Part shown: positions 13,301 to 28,298 of the stretch, one piece after another
Numbering within the stretch: the first letter of the stretch is position 1
Layout: every line of letters begins with the position of its first letter
Assembly: GCA_051362555.1 (NCBI GenBank)
Contig: CM120640.1
Coordinates: 59,498,788 to 59,562,787, forward strand
Source of the DNA: Lingula anatina
Taxonomy: Eukaryota; Animalia; Brachiopoda
Direction: 5' to 3'
Length of the DNA stretch: 64,000 nucleotides
Made by a program: the position numbers and the translations under genes
The notes under the pieces: model-generated
The model's input: the letters and a program-made list of their open reading frames with translations, nothing else
The model's database searches: none
Told to the model about the DNA's origin: nothing

Positions 13301-16300
13301 ACATTTTATTTTAATATTAGTGCGAATGTGGTTGTGTGAATAATATTTGTGTGTTAACTACACATAACGTTGTACTACGGGTCATTATTTGACAATGATA
13401 CCTATCGTGAGTTATTTTTGGGTAAAACTTTGTCTTAATCAAAAGTTTATCCTCTTCAATTACACACAATTGATTGACAGTTTGAGTACAAGCCGAAGCC
13501 AGGAGACTTTAAGACATGGAAATCAATGTACCGTGTAGCTGCCAGGGGGTGAATTAAACTGATATTCTGGATCTGTGTTATCTATTTTGATAAGATAAAC
13601 AATTGGCAGATTCATTACGTGCCTGTTCGTACTACCGTAGGCCTCGCAGTCCACTCCATAGCCTTGGGTGAAGCGGCTTCAATAATAATAATAATGGCTG
13701 GACTGGTTTCTAGGAAAAACACTTTGGTTTTCAGCAAGTTGATTTCGCAAGTGCCGGGTAGCCTGAGCCCCGAGTATCTCTTGAGAATCATAACACTGTA
13801 TTTCAATAAAGCCCAGCCATGGATTGTGATAAAGGCGTTATTAATAAATTCCAAAGACGGACTGTTTTCTTTTTGAGCACATAAAGAACTTGCAGATGAG
13901 ACAATTTGAAAAGAAGTATCCTTCTCGTACCGTTTTCATTTTACATCTATTTCTCCCCCGCTGAGAGCAAAATATTAATTGAAACGTAGGTTTTTAGATT
14001 AATGCCTCTTATTTGAATGTAGCAGCTTGTTTTTGCGAAGTCTCTTTAATTAATAAAATTCAGTATGTTTCCCACTTTGACCGGCAATAGAAATAATAAA
14101 ACGATAAGCCTGCCTCGTGTCGATATGAGCGCAGTGGCGAACATTATAACCTAGAACTAGGCTTAGGGCAATTAACTGTGTGTGCGAAAGAGTCGTTTCA
14201 TTATCTCTAGTGTTCAGTATCTGTAGAAATCACACAAAGCGCTTTCGGAATAGTTTGTTTGTCACAGGTAATGCTTCAGAGGACGCAATTGCAATCAAGA
14301 TGAAACAGCTATCAAAGTAATTTATCTAATTCATTAATAAAGCAGTTCGGGAGACTTGATGTAGAGCACGGTTCTCATAGTCGAGGTCGGGCTTAAGTTT
14401 GGTTTACAATACCTGTATTAAGATTAAGAGGAGTAAACACTAGTTTACTTTTGAACAGCGCAGTGTCATGTTATTACCACTAATAGTGACTTTAAGCTGG
14501 GCTTTTTATTCGTGGCAGTATAAAACGTATTCTATCAGATTCTAATGAAAATTATCCTTCAAAACAAATAGAATAATGTCAGTTAACCTGAGATATTGCC
14601 AGATAGTGTCTATCTAGTCCATCGTGATTAATCCCATCAGAATTGGCATCTCCATTGATATCCGCCTCAGACACCGAGATATGCCGAATTGGTTTTCAGT
14701 CTTTATGTGAATGAATGTCTCAGAAATCTTATGTTAGCTTACAAGAGGCCAATATTTGATAGGAATCAATGCGATGTTTTAGATCCGTGGACTGCAAGGA
14801 TAGGATCAGTTCAGTCAAAAGAAGTCATTTATTGCTTGGCTGATCATGTAATCATTATTCATCCTATGGTTCAGTTTAAAGTATTGAACCAACTCTCATG
14901 GCTGGCAGCCGGCAATGGCTCTGGATTTGAGATAAAAGTATAATGTGATCGTGGACAGCACCATGATCAGACAATGCAGGCTTAAATCAATTTGATTTCT
15001 CAGGTGTATTGAATTCACTTTTTTACGAGAGGAGATTTTGATTTGTTTATTGGTATGGACGTGCATGCATTAAGATGAGTAAGTTTTATTGACCCTCCAT
15101 CTTTTACTGTTTTACCCCTTCCAAGATTCACGTTTTTTTACACAAACGTATCAATAACAGTCGATGCAAGAGACAGTAATCGATGTTCATTTATTATTTA
15201 ATCAAAGAACACACAGCCATATCTGTTGAGTAAGTAAATTGGGCCGTGCATTTCATATCAGTTACATTGACAAAACGCAATTATTTGAAGAAAGTATTTG
15301 ATTAACTTTACATCTCCTACATTTGATTTACAGATAATGGTTTACAAACAGTGTCAAAGTACGCTGTTATTGTAAGACGTGATCTTCTACTGGAGTGATT
15401 TCTGAAACAATACTCAGGAGTTTTACTGCCAAGTATTGCACCTATAGTTTAATGATTACGCCAATTTTAGAAGTTAAGACGTTCGTCACAGTTTAAACAA
15501 ACAGAAAATGTTTTCTTTTGGTGTGAAAATACAGAATCGATTCTGTCCGAAAACAGTTTGCAGTTTGCCCTTTATGTGTGTGAATTTGAATACATGAAAT
15601 AAATCTGTTAGAACGTAAAGAGTGGAACCAATCGTTTCGTTGACAACATTTCAAAAAGGTGTGAACTTCGGAATATTGTCGATGTAACTTTCATTGTTAC
15701 TTTTCGATAAACTTAAGCCAGGTGATCAAACAGCTATAGCTTATATTTCTTTTGGAAAAAACAACAGATGGTCAAAACTTAATCTTCAATCGGATATCTT
15801 GCCTATATAAAAGTTTTTCTTTTTCGATATGTCGTCCATAATGATAAATCGTACAGCATTGCAATACTACCGATGAACACAAGACATGCATTTCAAATGG
15901 ACTTAAATAAACTATATGTATCTTTGATTTTAAGTGTTGTTGACTAGGATTTTTTTAAATAAACTACATGGTTTAAAAAAATCACATATATTGCCATAAG
16001 GATGCTCCACAAAGGAACAAGAAATATATTTCAGTACATTCACGGTATAAAAATGAACTCTTTATCCAAAGTAGGTTGCCAGGGCATCTTTGACAAATAC
16101 TTCTTAGTTTAAAAAAAATGGTGACGTCTATCAAGTGGAGCATCAGAAGTAAATGTTTATACTTTGACTGTAACGTGTGATCAAGATGTGTACACCTTTA
16201 GCAAATTCAATCCACATCCTGTGAGAAAACGTGAAAAAATTTCCAGAGATGCGCCCAGCAGTGATACTGTTCAGATGTTCATTATTTCATGCTGCTATAT

Positions 16301-19300
16301 GATAAATAGCTCTTACTTTATACAAATCAGTTTTTACTCAGCACGATGTTTTTATGAATTATTAACTGAATCACTTTACATGAACCTTTTTATCTTCATG
16401 AATGGCAATTGTATGCAGCACATAACATATTGCACCTTAATCTTCTTTTCATGCGTGTTCCACACAACAGCAAAAGCAAGGGTTGAATGAAACCATTGGT
16501 GATACCTTCCCCTATTGTATATATATATATTTTTTTTTCCGATGGGAATTTAGCCAAAAACATTCAAATACCACGCTCATTCATACACAAAATAAACGGT
16601 TGACTCTAATCATTTGGTCTGAACGAGTGCATGTAGGTTTTATTCCCTTGTAAAGCAAATGAACGATACATCATCAACAACAACATCCTCTTCGACAAAA
16701 ATTCATTTTACATCAAAACATAAGGCAACTTGTTGGCACAAAATCCATTTTTCAATCTATCACTGCGTGAAGCCGGAGCAATACTGACATAGGTAATTGT
16801 GTTGGAGAGCAGGTGGAAAGCGTTGCGGCGTTTCCTGCTTAACGGTCAGATGCGCCCCTACGGCGAATAGGATATCTAAACGATAATGAAGATTTCGATA
16901 CTCTGTCAATAGCGATATACATCACCCGACTTCTGGAAACCTTGCTTCGTGTCTTACCACTGATACTTGCAGGTCAAGAAAGATATTAAAGAAACCAGTA
17001 ATTATTGTATATGAAGTTTGTCAAAAAAGTAAATGCTATATGAAGATTAGTCAAGATCACAAAAAATGTTTCTGATATTTCAACATTTGGAAGAATACCT
17101 CAGTATGCACTGAGCCTGTTTGATTCTGATAATCCCAATTGTTCGGGATTAGCCTAATAAAGAAAATTGCTGTTACGGATAAAAGTTACATAAACGCCAT
17201 GGCAACACGTGTGAAATAACAGAACATTGAACTTTTGTACAAACTGCACTTGGGAATTACATCAGCCATTCTTATACCAAAGACGTCGGAGTAATTATCT
17301 TATAGCAATGCATTTTACAATTAACTCCGTCCTTTATTACTACAATTATTTCATATTTGATGAATGAGCAGGGCCTATTCCTTGGTCTGATTTAAATGTG
17401 AAAATCAATTCTTTCACAAAGTTGTCAACAAGAGAGAACATCTGCATTGCATTGAAGCTGACGTTTAAACCAAACCTTTTAAGTTCGTACACAAGAGATT
17501 TAAATGTAAATGTAAATGAATATGCTGAAATGCCTCCAATCGGAAACTCTTGTAGAATATTGCTTTGCGTTACATCTATCCTACACCAAACACTCCAACC
17601 AGTCACCAGAGCACCTGCAAAGGACACGACAAATCACACACAGTGTGTTAATTTAGTTAGTGGTTTCATAAAGAACGCATGGAGATTGACATTTGCAAGA
17701 AGACGCACGTTTTCCTGTCAACCTTTTAGGGGTCTATAGGAGTTTTGAGACGAAATAGCCGACCATAAAGTTAATGTTCGTCAATAATTTCAAGCTTAAG
17801 AAAACCCTCTCTTCACGGCAGATGTTAAGTTTTACCCTAAGAAGTACATATCTGGGTTCATAAATAGCGGATGTATGAAACTCCGTTATAGGTTTTAAAC
17901 ACGAAGTGTAACGCCGGAGTGTTTTCCAAGGACAACCAAATCTGGCTCAGCAGGGTGATCTCATCTAATGTGTGTTTTTGCACTACTTACATGTAGGTGC
18001 TTTCCTTGTCTATTTGTTATGTTATCCCATTGGCCTGGATGATATTAGGTGTCAACACAGCCCAAACAAAGTGAAAAAAGATTTTTTATTTGTTTAGGAC
18101 GTTAGTCGAAATAATTGCTGAAGTTCTCTATCGTGATGAAGAACTTATCTCCCCCCCCCCCCCCATGATGTATCCGATTTCCATTCCAATAGACATTCAG
18201 TTACAGATTTGATGGACAAATTCGATCAGATCTGACGCTGAGCATGATGAATAAAAAATAGAATAATTAAGGGGAAATAAGCTAACGCTCCAAAATATGT
18301 CTTCCGATTTTACACATGCTATCAATCACCGCACGTACAGTTCACCCAAGGAGTTAATATTATTGACGAGAATAATACCCAAATTAAATTGAGACAGAAC
18401 ACATGGACGCTCGGGGATGAAGCAAATCTAAAGAACTGTCTAAAGAAGTTTCAAGATATTTTGTTGCCACCCCCAAACTCATTATTCGCTTTAGAAATCT
18501 GTCGATAAAATTGGCCAAGTCTAGCTTTGATGCAGGGAATTTCAAGTAATTGAATTTGACGTGGGAATAACAACTTATTTCTCAAGTGTGTTCGCTTTTG
18601 GGTTCTCATTATCCCATTCTTCAGATAGATTAATACCCAAAAAGTGGGTAAGTGAAGACTGGAACCGTGTGAACAAGTCTATAAATACTCCTGCAGAGGA
18701 AATGAAGAGCAGGAACACAGTTTCGAGTCCCGAAGACCGAAGATGTTAAAGCCGTTTAAGAGCAGGTTTCGTCCTGCTTGAGATACAATCGAATGATTGA
18801 AGTGTCGTCTTAGTATGTGTGACGTACAAAGCCTTGTTTGTTAACTAAAACTACAATCGATTATTGACCAAACCAGCGCAGAAAAAGTATTTTAGTAAAA
18901 GATTAAGAGAAACAAAGAAAATTTAAGAGAAACAAAACGTGTTCCTGTCTGCTTCATGTTAGAAATGATGACCATAAACTCAGAGAAAACGTTGAAGTGG
19001 ATAGTCAGTTTAACGATCTCTAAAAACTTGCAATCGCACGAACTGTATTTTTCAAAGGAAGTAAATATAGATAATAAGTAGAAGTAGTGAGTAAATAAAG
19101 CAAATAGTGTGCACTAAAAATCTAACTCGAGAAAGGGCGAGTGAGCGTTCGAGAAAAAGAAAGAGAGAAGGGGAGGGGAAATGCATAACAGGGAATTGTA
19201 TGTGAGTAGATTTTTTTCTGTTTCGGCAAACACTGTAGATAATTTATTTCGAAAACTGTTTGTAGGAAAGTTGCAATCGATCAAAGAAATTTGAATTCAG

Positions 19301-20953
19301 CCATAACAGAAGTAGTAAATATAACCACTAAACTAACGTATCACGCAGGCAGATTGATACATTGTACAATTATATCTATCTTATAGGATATTAAGCAGAT
19401 AATCGGCTTAAGAAATTGGGATCATTATACTAGAGTATTTTATCGATCAGCACTTATCAGAATATGGCTGCTGTTTAAATGTCTTTAAATGGGCATTAAG
19501 GAAAGTACACACTATTGCGAATTGGAAAATAATTGATTTCAAGACTCACAAATATCGATTATGATTTTAATTGGATCATAATTGAAAATGTTGCAAATGT
19601 AATATGTCAGAATGCCCATTTCTGCATAGATTTTTTCTCTTTGATTTCCCTAATTGAAACTTTACGGCATACGCATACCAGCACTATACCACGTCCACGA
19701 TTAAAATGAATAGAGAGGTGATCTACCAGTAGAATAAAGTCACAAGAATTTTACAAGACTGTCCAGTTAATAACGGTGCAAACGAAAACTACCAAAATAT
19801 TTCTGCTGCCCTTCCTCCCTTGACACCCCATTTCAGATAAAAGGCACGTATGGACGCGCAACAAAATGCACCCTTATCCAGGTCTAACGGCGGTCACCGC
19901 TATAATCACTCATCTGCACTGCTTAGCCTTCATTTGCAAAATACAAACATGCTCTTTTTTCAAACAATAAGAAGACTGGTAGAGTTACACCTACTGAGAC
20001 TTAGATTAATTACAGAGGAGGAAACCAGCTGCTACCCCTTCTGTTGCGCTATTATTATCTATTTTGCGTTGAATAGTTTATCGGGTAAAAGAAAATTCTC
20101 TTCTTTTTGCCATGTAATTCGCATGAAAAAGAGAGATCATTTCATTTCATTTTAAAAGCTCTTTTAATCCGATCGACATTAATAAATACCACAGAATTTC
20201 ATTCAAGATCTGTCCGGGACATGCTTCACTTTACGTGTATCACTTAAAACTGTGGCAAAATGTTGTCATACCCAAGAATATCACTATCTTTTATCAACCT
20301 TATATAAAAAATTACTTAATCCAGTATAACAATTAGCATTCTAGCAAGCACAAACAAATGTGACTGAAATAAATAACGGCATACCGGTAGTCCCCCCACC
20401 CCACCCCGCCCCGCCCACCGATTTAAAAACTAAAAACTTTCGTGAAGCATATGTAAATATTTTCTTTGAAACTGTACAGAATACGTAGGCGTATGACCGG
20501 AGTCACAGCATTCCAAGGAGTGACGAGTATTGCCCTCGTGGGAGTATCATGTTTTCATTAATGGACAGGCTAAGTCAACGCCCATTCAGTATTTACCTTG
20601 TGTGTCTTTAGAAAAAAGAAAGAACGCATGCTGGTAGTACTTGGGGCAACATTTACTATATATAAATTTTTGACGCTATCTTTTTCTAATGACGCCTATT
20701 TAGCTACCTATTGCGTAATTTATTTTGAAACTAGTTGGTATCCAATGGGTACCTTAGTTGCCAAGCATGGCAATTTAGCTCACCAATTACTTTGGCTCTC
20801 TGTGCTAAAAATGATAATTATCTAAAGTAAAAAAGCAAGATATTTTCACTTATCAGTTTAAATTACAGCTCGATCTGTCCAACTCATTTCTTGTATCACT
20901 AATTCTACTTCATTGTGAACCAAATCCTGTAAAATATTTCAAACTTACGTGTT

Positions 20954-20984
<31 letters not shown>

Positions 20985-23700
20985 GCGGGAGGGGGGCCTT
21001 GCAACGTCTCCCTAAAATCTCAGACCTTTTTTATCATTAAATAGAGTTCTAATCGACTTGTATAAGTTAGAGGGAATTTTATCGAAGCTCAGATGAACAG
21101 GGTGATTTCATTGTACGTAACTCGAATTTTCCACTGTAAAACCCATTACAAACGACCTTACCATCTTGTCATAGACAAAACATCGAAAAATTATGGAAGG
21201 AAAATAAGATTTAAAACCTCGTTCCTGGCATTTCAACTTCTCACACACACACATTTTACACAACATTCCCTGCCTTGTGGAAAAACAGTCTCATCATCTG
21301 TTTGGACGTTTGCTTTTGGTAGCGTCATACTAATAAAACTATCCCAACCTCGCGGGAATACTCTGCCTTTGTAAAAGGACAGACTTGGTCAGCGTCCAGA
21401 CGTGTGCTTGTTGTAGGTGTCTTGCCACAGAACACTTCAAATGTTCGATGGAAAGAAGCTAAGATCGCACTTTTCACCATACTGCAAGCAAACATAAATA
21501 CTAAAACATACCATGTTCAAATATTTATAGTGTTGACAGTCAAAAATCAATTCTACTCTCTTTGTATGCAGTTACTATTGGGGTACAGGAACAGACCAGA
21601 GAGATTTATTGGCAAATATATTGCTTTTTTCGAGATCCCTTTGATATTATCGCAAAGAAGGAAAAGCATTGTCTTATGAGCAACGAGATAATAGCCGCAT
21701 TAAGAATATTGTCACGGTTTTACCAATAAAGTATGTATATCCAGAATATCCCAAGCGTCATTATTATCATCGCGTTTTTCTTATGTGCTGGAACACCGAG
21801 TGCACTTGGGGATTGATGGCCGTGCTTAATGCAAATCAACTAGAACTTTACTGCCGTCATACTGTTCTGAACAGCATTCTATAAATTGTTGTAAGTAAAA
21901 GGTAATCTGGGGGGCCTTAATTTCCGGCCATCCAACGCATATGGTTGACTTAAATGCTAGCTAACAAAAAACTAATAAATCCTTTTTGATAGATATTCAC
22001 AGTGCAGAATAAACTTTGTACCAAAGGCTGGCTAACACATTCGTGTTGCCTTAAATGATCGATACGGCATACAGTGTGAATATCGTTATCAATGCGGGTG
22101 CGAGCCTTTAACAATTGACTCATAACGAACTCCCGCCTAGAAGCAGACTGAACAGATCAAAATGACGCAGAAAAGGTTTCTAGGGAATTACATAATTCAG
22201 ACACGTTTCTGAAATTCCGATGTTCATTTAACGTACCTATACATGTACAAACGTGGCGTAAATAGAAAGTTGGTATGCCTGAAGAGGATTGGCAAGAACT
22301 AAATAAATCTTTCCCTCACTCGTATTTTATACAATGTAGCAGTCACTTTTTTTCGTACGGACCAATTTTGACAACATACCAAAATTTATCTTTTCTGTTC
22401 ATAGCAAGTATCTGCGCCCTTGACATTGTTTTTGGTATCCACAAAAACTGCGTAAGACTATTAGGTCGTGGGTTTCATTATCTTTTCTTTTTTGAAAACC
22501 ACCGGCTTCTTTTTACAGTGGACATCAAACAATTTTTAAACAGAGTGCAGCGAGCTAATGAAAAATGCCGTTCTTTCTTGATATTCTAATGTTGACGAAA
22601 TAAGAAATCCATAATATATCACCTTAATAAGAAGAAACCTTGGATTTAATCTGTCCCACTTCAAAGCAAAGAACCTATTTTTCGGGGTACATGTGAATAT
22701 GTTTTAATGACATGATGGTCAATTTCTGTCCACTATATAGATCTTCATCCACAGAGCTTTAACGACAAGGTACAGCTGTAAATAAAAACGTAAATTAAAT
22801 ATTAATAGCAATTTAAACCAAGGTTTAACAGCACAGGCCTACATGAGATATTTGATGGGTGATTATACACGTACTACAGGTTGGGCGATATCGTGACTAC
22901 ATATTAGAGTCATATTAGTACCTTAGTTTACGAAAATGTACAGCAGCGAAAGGTATGCACATATCCTATTTATACATAGCAATATACAATTACACAACCA
23001 CTTAGAAATAATGATTGGTCGTATTGTTTTGTTTTTTACGTGATACAGCAAAAGTGTCCAAACCTTACTTTTAAGAGCAATTCTATGATAGTAGCCGTTT
23101 TAGTGTAACTGCATACTGGGATCCTTACAAATTGATGTGTTTATTTAGTTACAGTCAACTACAAGTTTTTTCCTTTCTATGATCAACCATAACCGCAATC
23201 GATAAATGACTTTTTGATCGCAACTTAAAATAACCACGTTTTTCAACTTGTCAGACTATAATCTATTTATTTCGATGTAAGATAGAAAACTTAGCACCGC
23301 AAACATGTAACAGAAACAAATGACATAATCAGTTGTCAAACAAGGGTTAAAGGGTAAGGAGAAATTAAATAAATTCTAAAACGCATATTCATAATTAGAA
23401 AAAATACAAAAATAATCTTTAGGCTTGAAAAGTTCTTGCTTTTTGCACACAAATTGTTTCCTTATACAATGTATCTCGCATTTCCATGGCATCCTTCTTC
23501 AGTCAACTGTCCTCGTCTTGGCGTTTCTTAATCATCTTGACAACCTCTGTAAACGATTAGTTTAACTAAGTCATATTTCTAGCTTTGTTTAATATTGCTA
23601 AATTTCTTCCTCTGGTGACAGCACAATCGGACTATCTCCCTCGTGTTCTCTTAAGTTATAATTCCTGAAACTGTATGTCTTCACAATTTTCTATAACTAA

Positions 23701-24020
23701 AGCCTCGGTCACAATCGGAGGCACGAATTTCAGGATCGTACGTCCCCTGCGAATTTTGGTTACAGTAGAACCCATGGAGTTCGTAGAGGTAGAGGAAAGT
23801 TTGCAATGGAAAGGAACAAGTCTGCCTTGCGAGTCGCAGGGGCCACGTGAGATGTCCTTCCGAGCAGGGACGCTAATTGCAAAGTGGAAATTGTACTCAT
23901 TTCTTAAATTTGTCTTGCTACCTGGGTACGTGACACGCATTCACCACTTATGAAGAGAATGCAACGCACGACGAAAGTAGTAACGCAAACAGGCCGTAAG
24001 AGCCGGTTCAGACCGAGGCT
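23701..24020. mobile_element. PIF/Harbinger-like MITE, short copy
   Basis: Ends AGCCTCGGTC... / ...GACCGAGGCT with TAA/TAT flanks; body homologous to the arms of the neighbouring copy. Confidence 0.75.
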
Positions 24021-24209
24021 TATGATCGAGTTAAAGTTTGTTACTTTTCTTATTTCACTTTATTCATTGTAGTTTATGTCAATAACCGGTTATATTGAAT
24101 TTGCAGGGTATTCACTGTATTAGTAGCTTGCTTGGTGTCTGAAGTTCCAGTCACTGGCCCTTCTGGTGTCATTTTAAACCTCGGTCACAACCGGCCGTAA
24201 GAAAGCTTA

Positions 24210-25260
24210 AGCCTCGGTCACAACCGGACGCGCGAATTTTAGGATCGTACGGCCAGTGCCAATTTTGGGTTGAGTGGAGGCCGTGGAGTTCGTAGAGGTA
24301 GAGGAAAGTTTGCAATGGAAAGGCGCAAGTCTGCCTTGCGAGTCGCAGGGTCCACGTGAGAAGAAGGGTACGATGTACATGAGCGTGCATCTTGAGCACG
24401 CCTTTTACACCCCTGGCGTGCGGGCGACGCAGTTCCGCCGTGCTTTCGACTTTGTTCGTTAGCTGTGCGGGCGTGCGTCGTACTCAATACGCAAAGGACA
24501 CTTGCTCCTTCATTGCATCTTCACTTGCTCCATCACTTGCATACTTCTCGCTAACTCCTCGCGAGTGGAGCAAGTTACGTTTGCGGCCTCGCAGTTCGCA
24601 GATTATTCGTAGAATCTTTTGGACATGTCCAACTTCCTCCGTACGTGCTTCACGGGTTGTCTGCGAACTCCAAATTTCGCAAGAAGAACTTGCACGGCAC
24701 GTGAGATTCTGCGCAAAATTTGGACGCAAACAAAGTATAAAAGGCGTGCTCACGATGCACGCTCGTGTCTCGACATATAACGTCGCTTGTGCCTTGTGTA
24801 CAACATTTCAAAAATTTCGAAATTTGCTCAATTCAGCTTCTAATATGCCTCCAAAAGGCAAGGGAAAGAAGCTAAGAGAGCAGAAAAGAAGAGAGGAGGA
24901 AAAAGAAAGAAGGGGAGAACAGAAGGCAAAACTGACGTTCGCGGTCAGTACGTCATTACAAGCGTGTGAGGCAAGTGTGAAGCAAAAGGAAATAACTTTC
25001 GCCGTGTGTAGCATTCTTTTCATAAATGGTGAGTGCGTGCCACGTACGCAGGTAGCAAGAAAAACTCAAGAAATGAGTACATCGCACCTTGCAATTAGCG
25101 TACCTGTTTCTCGCGTGGGCCCTGCGACTCGCAAAGCAGACTTGCGCCTTTCCATTTCAAACTTTCCTCTACCTCTATGAACTCCATGGCCTCCACTGCA
25201 CCCAAAATTCGCAGGGGCCGTACGATCCTAAAATTCGTGCGTCGGGTTGTGACCGAGGCT
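24210..25260. mobile_element. PIF/Harbinger-like non-autonomous element with ~150-bp inverted arms
   Basis: AGCCTCGGTCACAACC / GGTTGTGACCGAGGCT termini with TTA/TAA flanks; 24210-24360 is the reverse complement of ~25110-25260; extra orphan TIR at ~24177-24195. Confidence 0.8.
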
Positions 25261-28236
25261 TAATCTGAACGTGACACACCTCCAAGTTTCCGCGCTTACG
25301 GTCACGTGCACAAGACGCATCCCTAGATTCTTTTGTTATTACAACATTTCTTTCTTTTCGTAGCTTAGTAACTCACTTTACCTCTTTCCGAAATGCCCAT
25401 GCACATTTCACACAGTACCAATACTTGAACTCTTGATGTTTTACATAAAACTTACTTATTTTAAATCGTCTTCTTTTTTGTTTTATTCAGCTTATTTACT
25501 GTGGCGATTTATTCAGTTTTATTCATGTTTTATATAATAAAAGTTTGTTAACATACATTTATATTCTGTAGTTCTTTGATACTTTAAAATAGATAAATAC
25601 CGCCAGCATTTTTATACTTAGTTTCCTCTTTTCCACATAACAAGCCAACTAGCAGGGGAGTAACAAAAGCATGAAGTGCCATTTCTCTCCCATTATACTA
25701 TTTTTGGTTTTGTTGAAACGCATGTAGGCATAGGTCATTTGGAAAAGGAGTGCCTTTCATGGGTTGCCAGTTAAAGGTAGATGTTGGTCATATAAAAGAG
25801 CACTGTGGTTTCTGACATGTAGCCGACTAAGTAACGTTTCACAGTGTTGATGCCGTTTACCTCCTTCTTTCATAACTTTAGTATTCTCTTCTTTCCTTTT
25901 CTTCTATACGTGTAGCTCTTAAAAAGAATGAAAGCTGATGCGCATCTTCTGTGAGAGCATGAATTCCCCTTTATACAAAAAGTTGACAAGAAAAAAGTCA
26001 TTTATCTCTACATAGTTCTTTTAACCGTTTCAGATACATTGAAATGCGTTGCAATTGTAAAACCCTTTATTATCATCCAGATACCAAAAATGAGATTTTT
26101 CTGCATCTAATTATTCAATTATGCATCTATCTGAAATGAAATGAAAAAAAAACTTGAAAATATAAAATATCGGCGTTTATATTTTATCGTTGCAATGCAT
26201 GAGCATGGGCAAGTCAAAGCTTCAATCGTCAATTTAGCACCTTTCTAGTTTGAGGTGAGATAGCAATTGGCATGGGGCGGAACTTTGGTTAAAATGTTTT
26301 TGTTATGGAGTTATGAGGTCCCAAATACAGATTTTCATTAAATAAAGGCATTATTTTGCTTTATCAACGATAAGATCTGAACTATGACTTTAAGAAAAGT
26401 CGAAGTCGCAGGCAGGGTTTTTGAGTACTAAATGGTGTCATTAAATTGGCGTTAAAACGGTGTTTAGGTAAAAGAGAAATTTGAGAAACCGATTTTTCCA
26501 TTTTACCCCAAAGTCGCAATTATGACGTCACCCGTAAGATGGCGTGTGTGTGTAAATTTTAATTAATTTAGTCACTGAACACTGAGGAGTTATCAATTAC
26601 CTAAAAGAATGTAAGACACTAGTTTTTGGTGAAAGGTAACAATATCGTTAATTAACTGCTTTGTCTCACTTTTTCGACACATCTTTAATGTGCTGTTCAA
26701 AGGGTTGCAAGCAACATGTAGCTTGCCATGATGTTACATCTGAATATAAGAAACCTCTTTATTTATCTATAAAAACATATGGGAGATCGATACGTTAGGT
26801 ATTCTTCCTTATCTGCTGAGATAGTGCGGGAATAATTATTGTCATGTTGTTGTCATTACATAACAGGGGTGAATAGATTTTTGGGGTATCTAGATTTCAA
26901 TTTTTATCTATTTGCATGATAATATATTACTTGTTGCTGAGGAGTTTCGTCGAAAACCGATCAGTATCTCACACCAATTAACAAGACAACGAAATTCACG
27001 CTTAGAACTTGGCCACCCTTATCACTATTAAAAACTACAATTAATATAATTAACTGTATTTATGTAGGAAATTTTTTTGTTTTTAGCGGTGGTGATAACT
27101 TTGTTAATAATACATCGACGTTTTGTTTATAGGAAAGAGTCTTAGTTTGGGGTTTGTGTCTGCACATTTGACCTTAAGTAGTTGACCAAGGCAAGGTAAT
27201 AACAGATTTCCGGGGTTCTGAAATGTCTTAGCTGCTGTGTATCTAGGCACACACATTTATTTGTTATGAAAGATGTTTTGGCAACTATTTCTATCGAGCT
27301 GCATCAGTGAGAAGTCATTCAGCTTTTTAGCTGCGGTGATATTTACCCGCAGTTTTAGCAGCTACACTGGAATATTACTTACGTTGTTCTTTTATTTTTA
27401 TTTGTACATGGTTACCAGCCATCAGTTTTTGTGGTTTCAAGATTTGAGGACGGCCGTTTTTCTTGTTACTCGGTGATTTTATTTTTTTCATATTCAGTTT
27501 TTCTCAGCCACCAGTTTTGTTATTCCAGTTTTGGCGACGGCTGTTTCCTTTTATTAGGTGACTTCAACTTCTTGGATCACGCACTAGTATTACTATGTAC
27601 AGTATATTGTCTTCATTTTTTCCCCTTATTCATGTGTTCTTATAAACAGATTTATAATCTGTCGTGTGTTGCAACTGCAGTTGTTAACTATTTTGTTTAG
27701 TTGTAACTTCTTCGTGTTATTATTGATTTTTTTCTTCTTTTGTGTGTAGCTGTTATATTTATGTTGATATTTCTTCCGGGCCAGGTGTTCCGCTGTTTTC
27801 ATATTTTCTATTTTGTTTCCAGGCAGCTTCTTTCACATTTTATGGCCTTTTATTTTCATTTGTGCCAACTTTTTGCTCTTATAGCTGTTGTGATTTCTCA
27901 TATTTTCTTAATTCATTTTGGTTACACTCATTTACCTACTTCATTGTTATTATATTATGGCAGTTATATATGGGGAATGTTATATTATCTCCCCAGTAAT
28001 AAGTTTTCGTCATTAATAAGTGACAATTTTCAGTCATATGGACTTGTTTACTTTGGAGCAAAAACAGAGCTTCGTTGTGCTTGTGAGCATTTGGCTACAT
28101 GAATAAGTATTTTAGAGAAAAGAAACAGAGAAAACTATTTTGCCAAATTAAAGCCTTCATATAACGCATTGGTACCCCTTAAGGGTTTTATACGTGGTTT
28201 CAAATGCATTTGCTGCAAAATGTTACTCCCAAGTCA

Positions 28237-28254
28237 GTGTGTGTGTGTGTGTGT

Positions 28255-28298
<44 letters not shown>
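28237..28298. repeat. (TG)n/(TA)n microsatellite
   Basis: Direct reading. Confidence 0.95.

Noticed and set aside
18700-18800. GGACGAAAC on minus strand with hairpin, hammerhead-like
   Set aside because: No upstream CUGANGA core or compatible stems.
24392-25180. 262-aa ORF
   Set aside because: Lies inside the MITE, runs through the inverted arm, no recognisable domain beyond the short basic stub.
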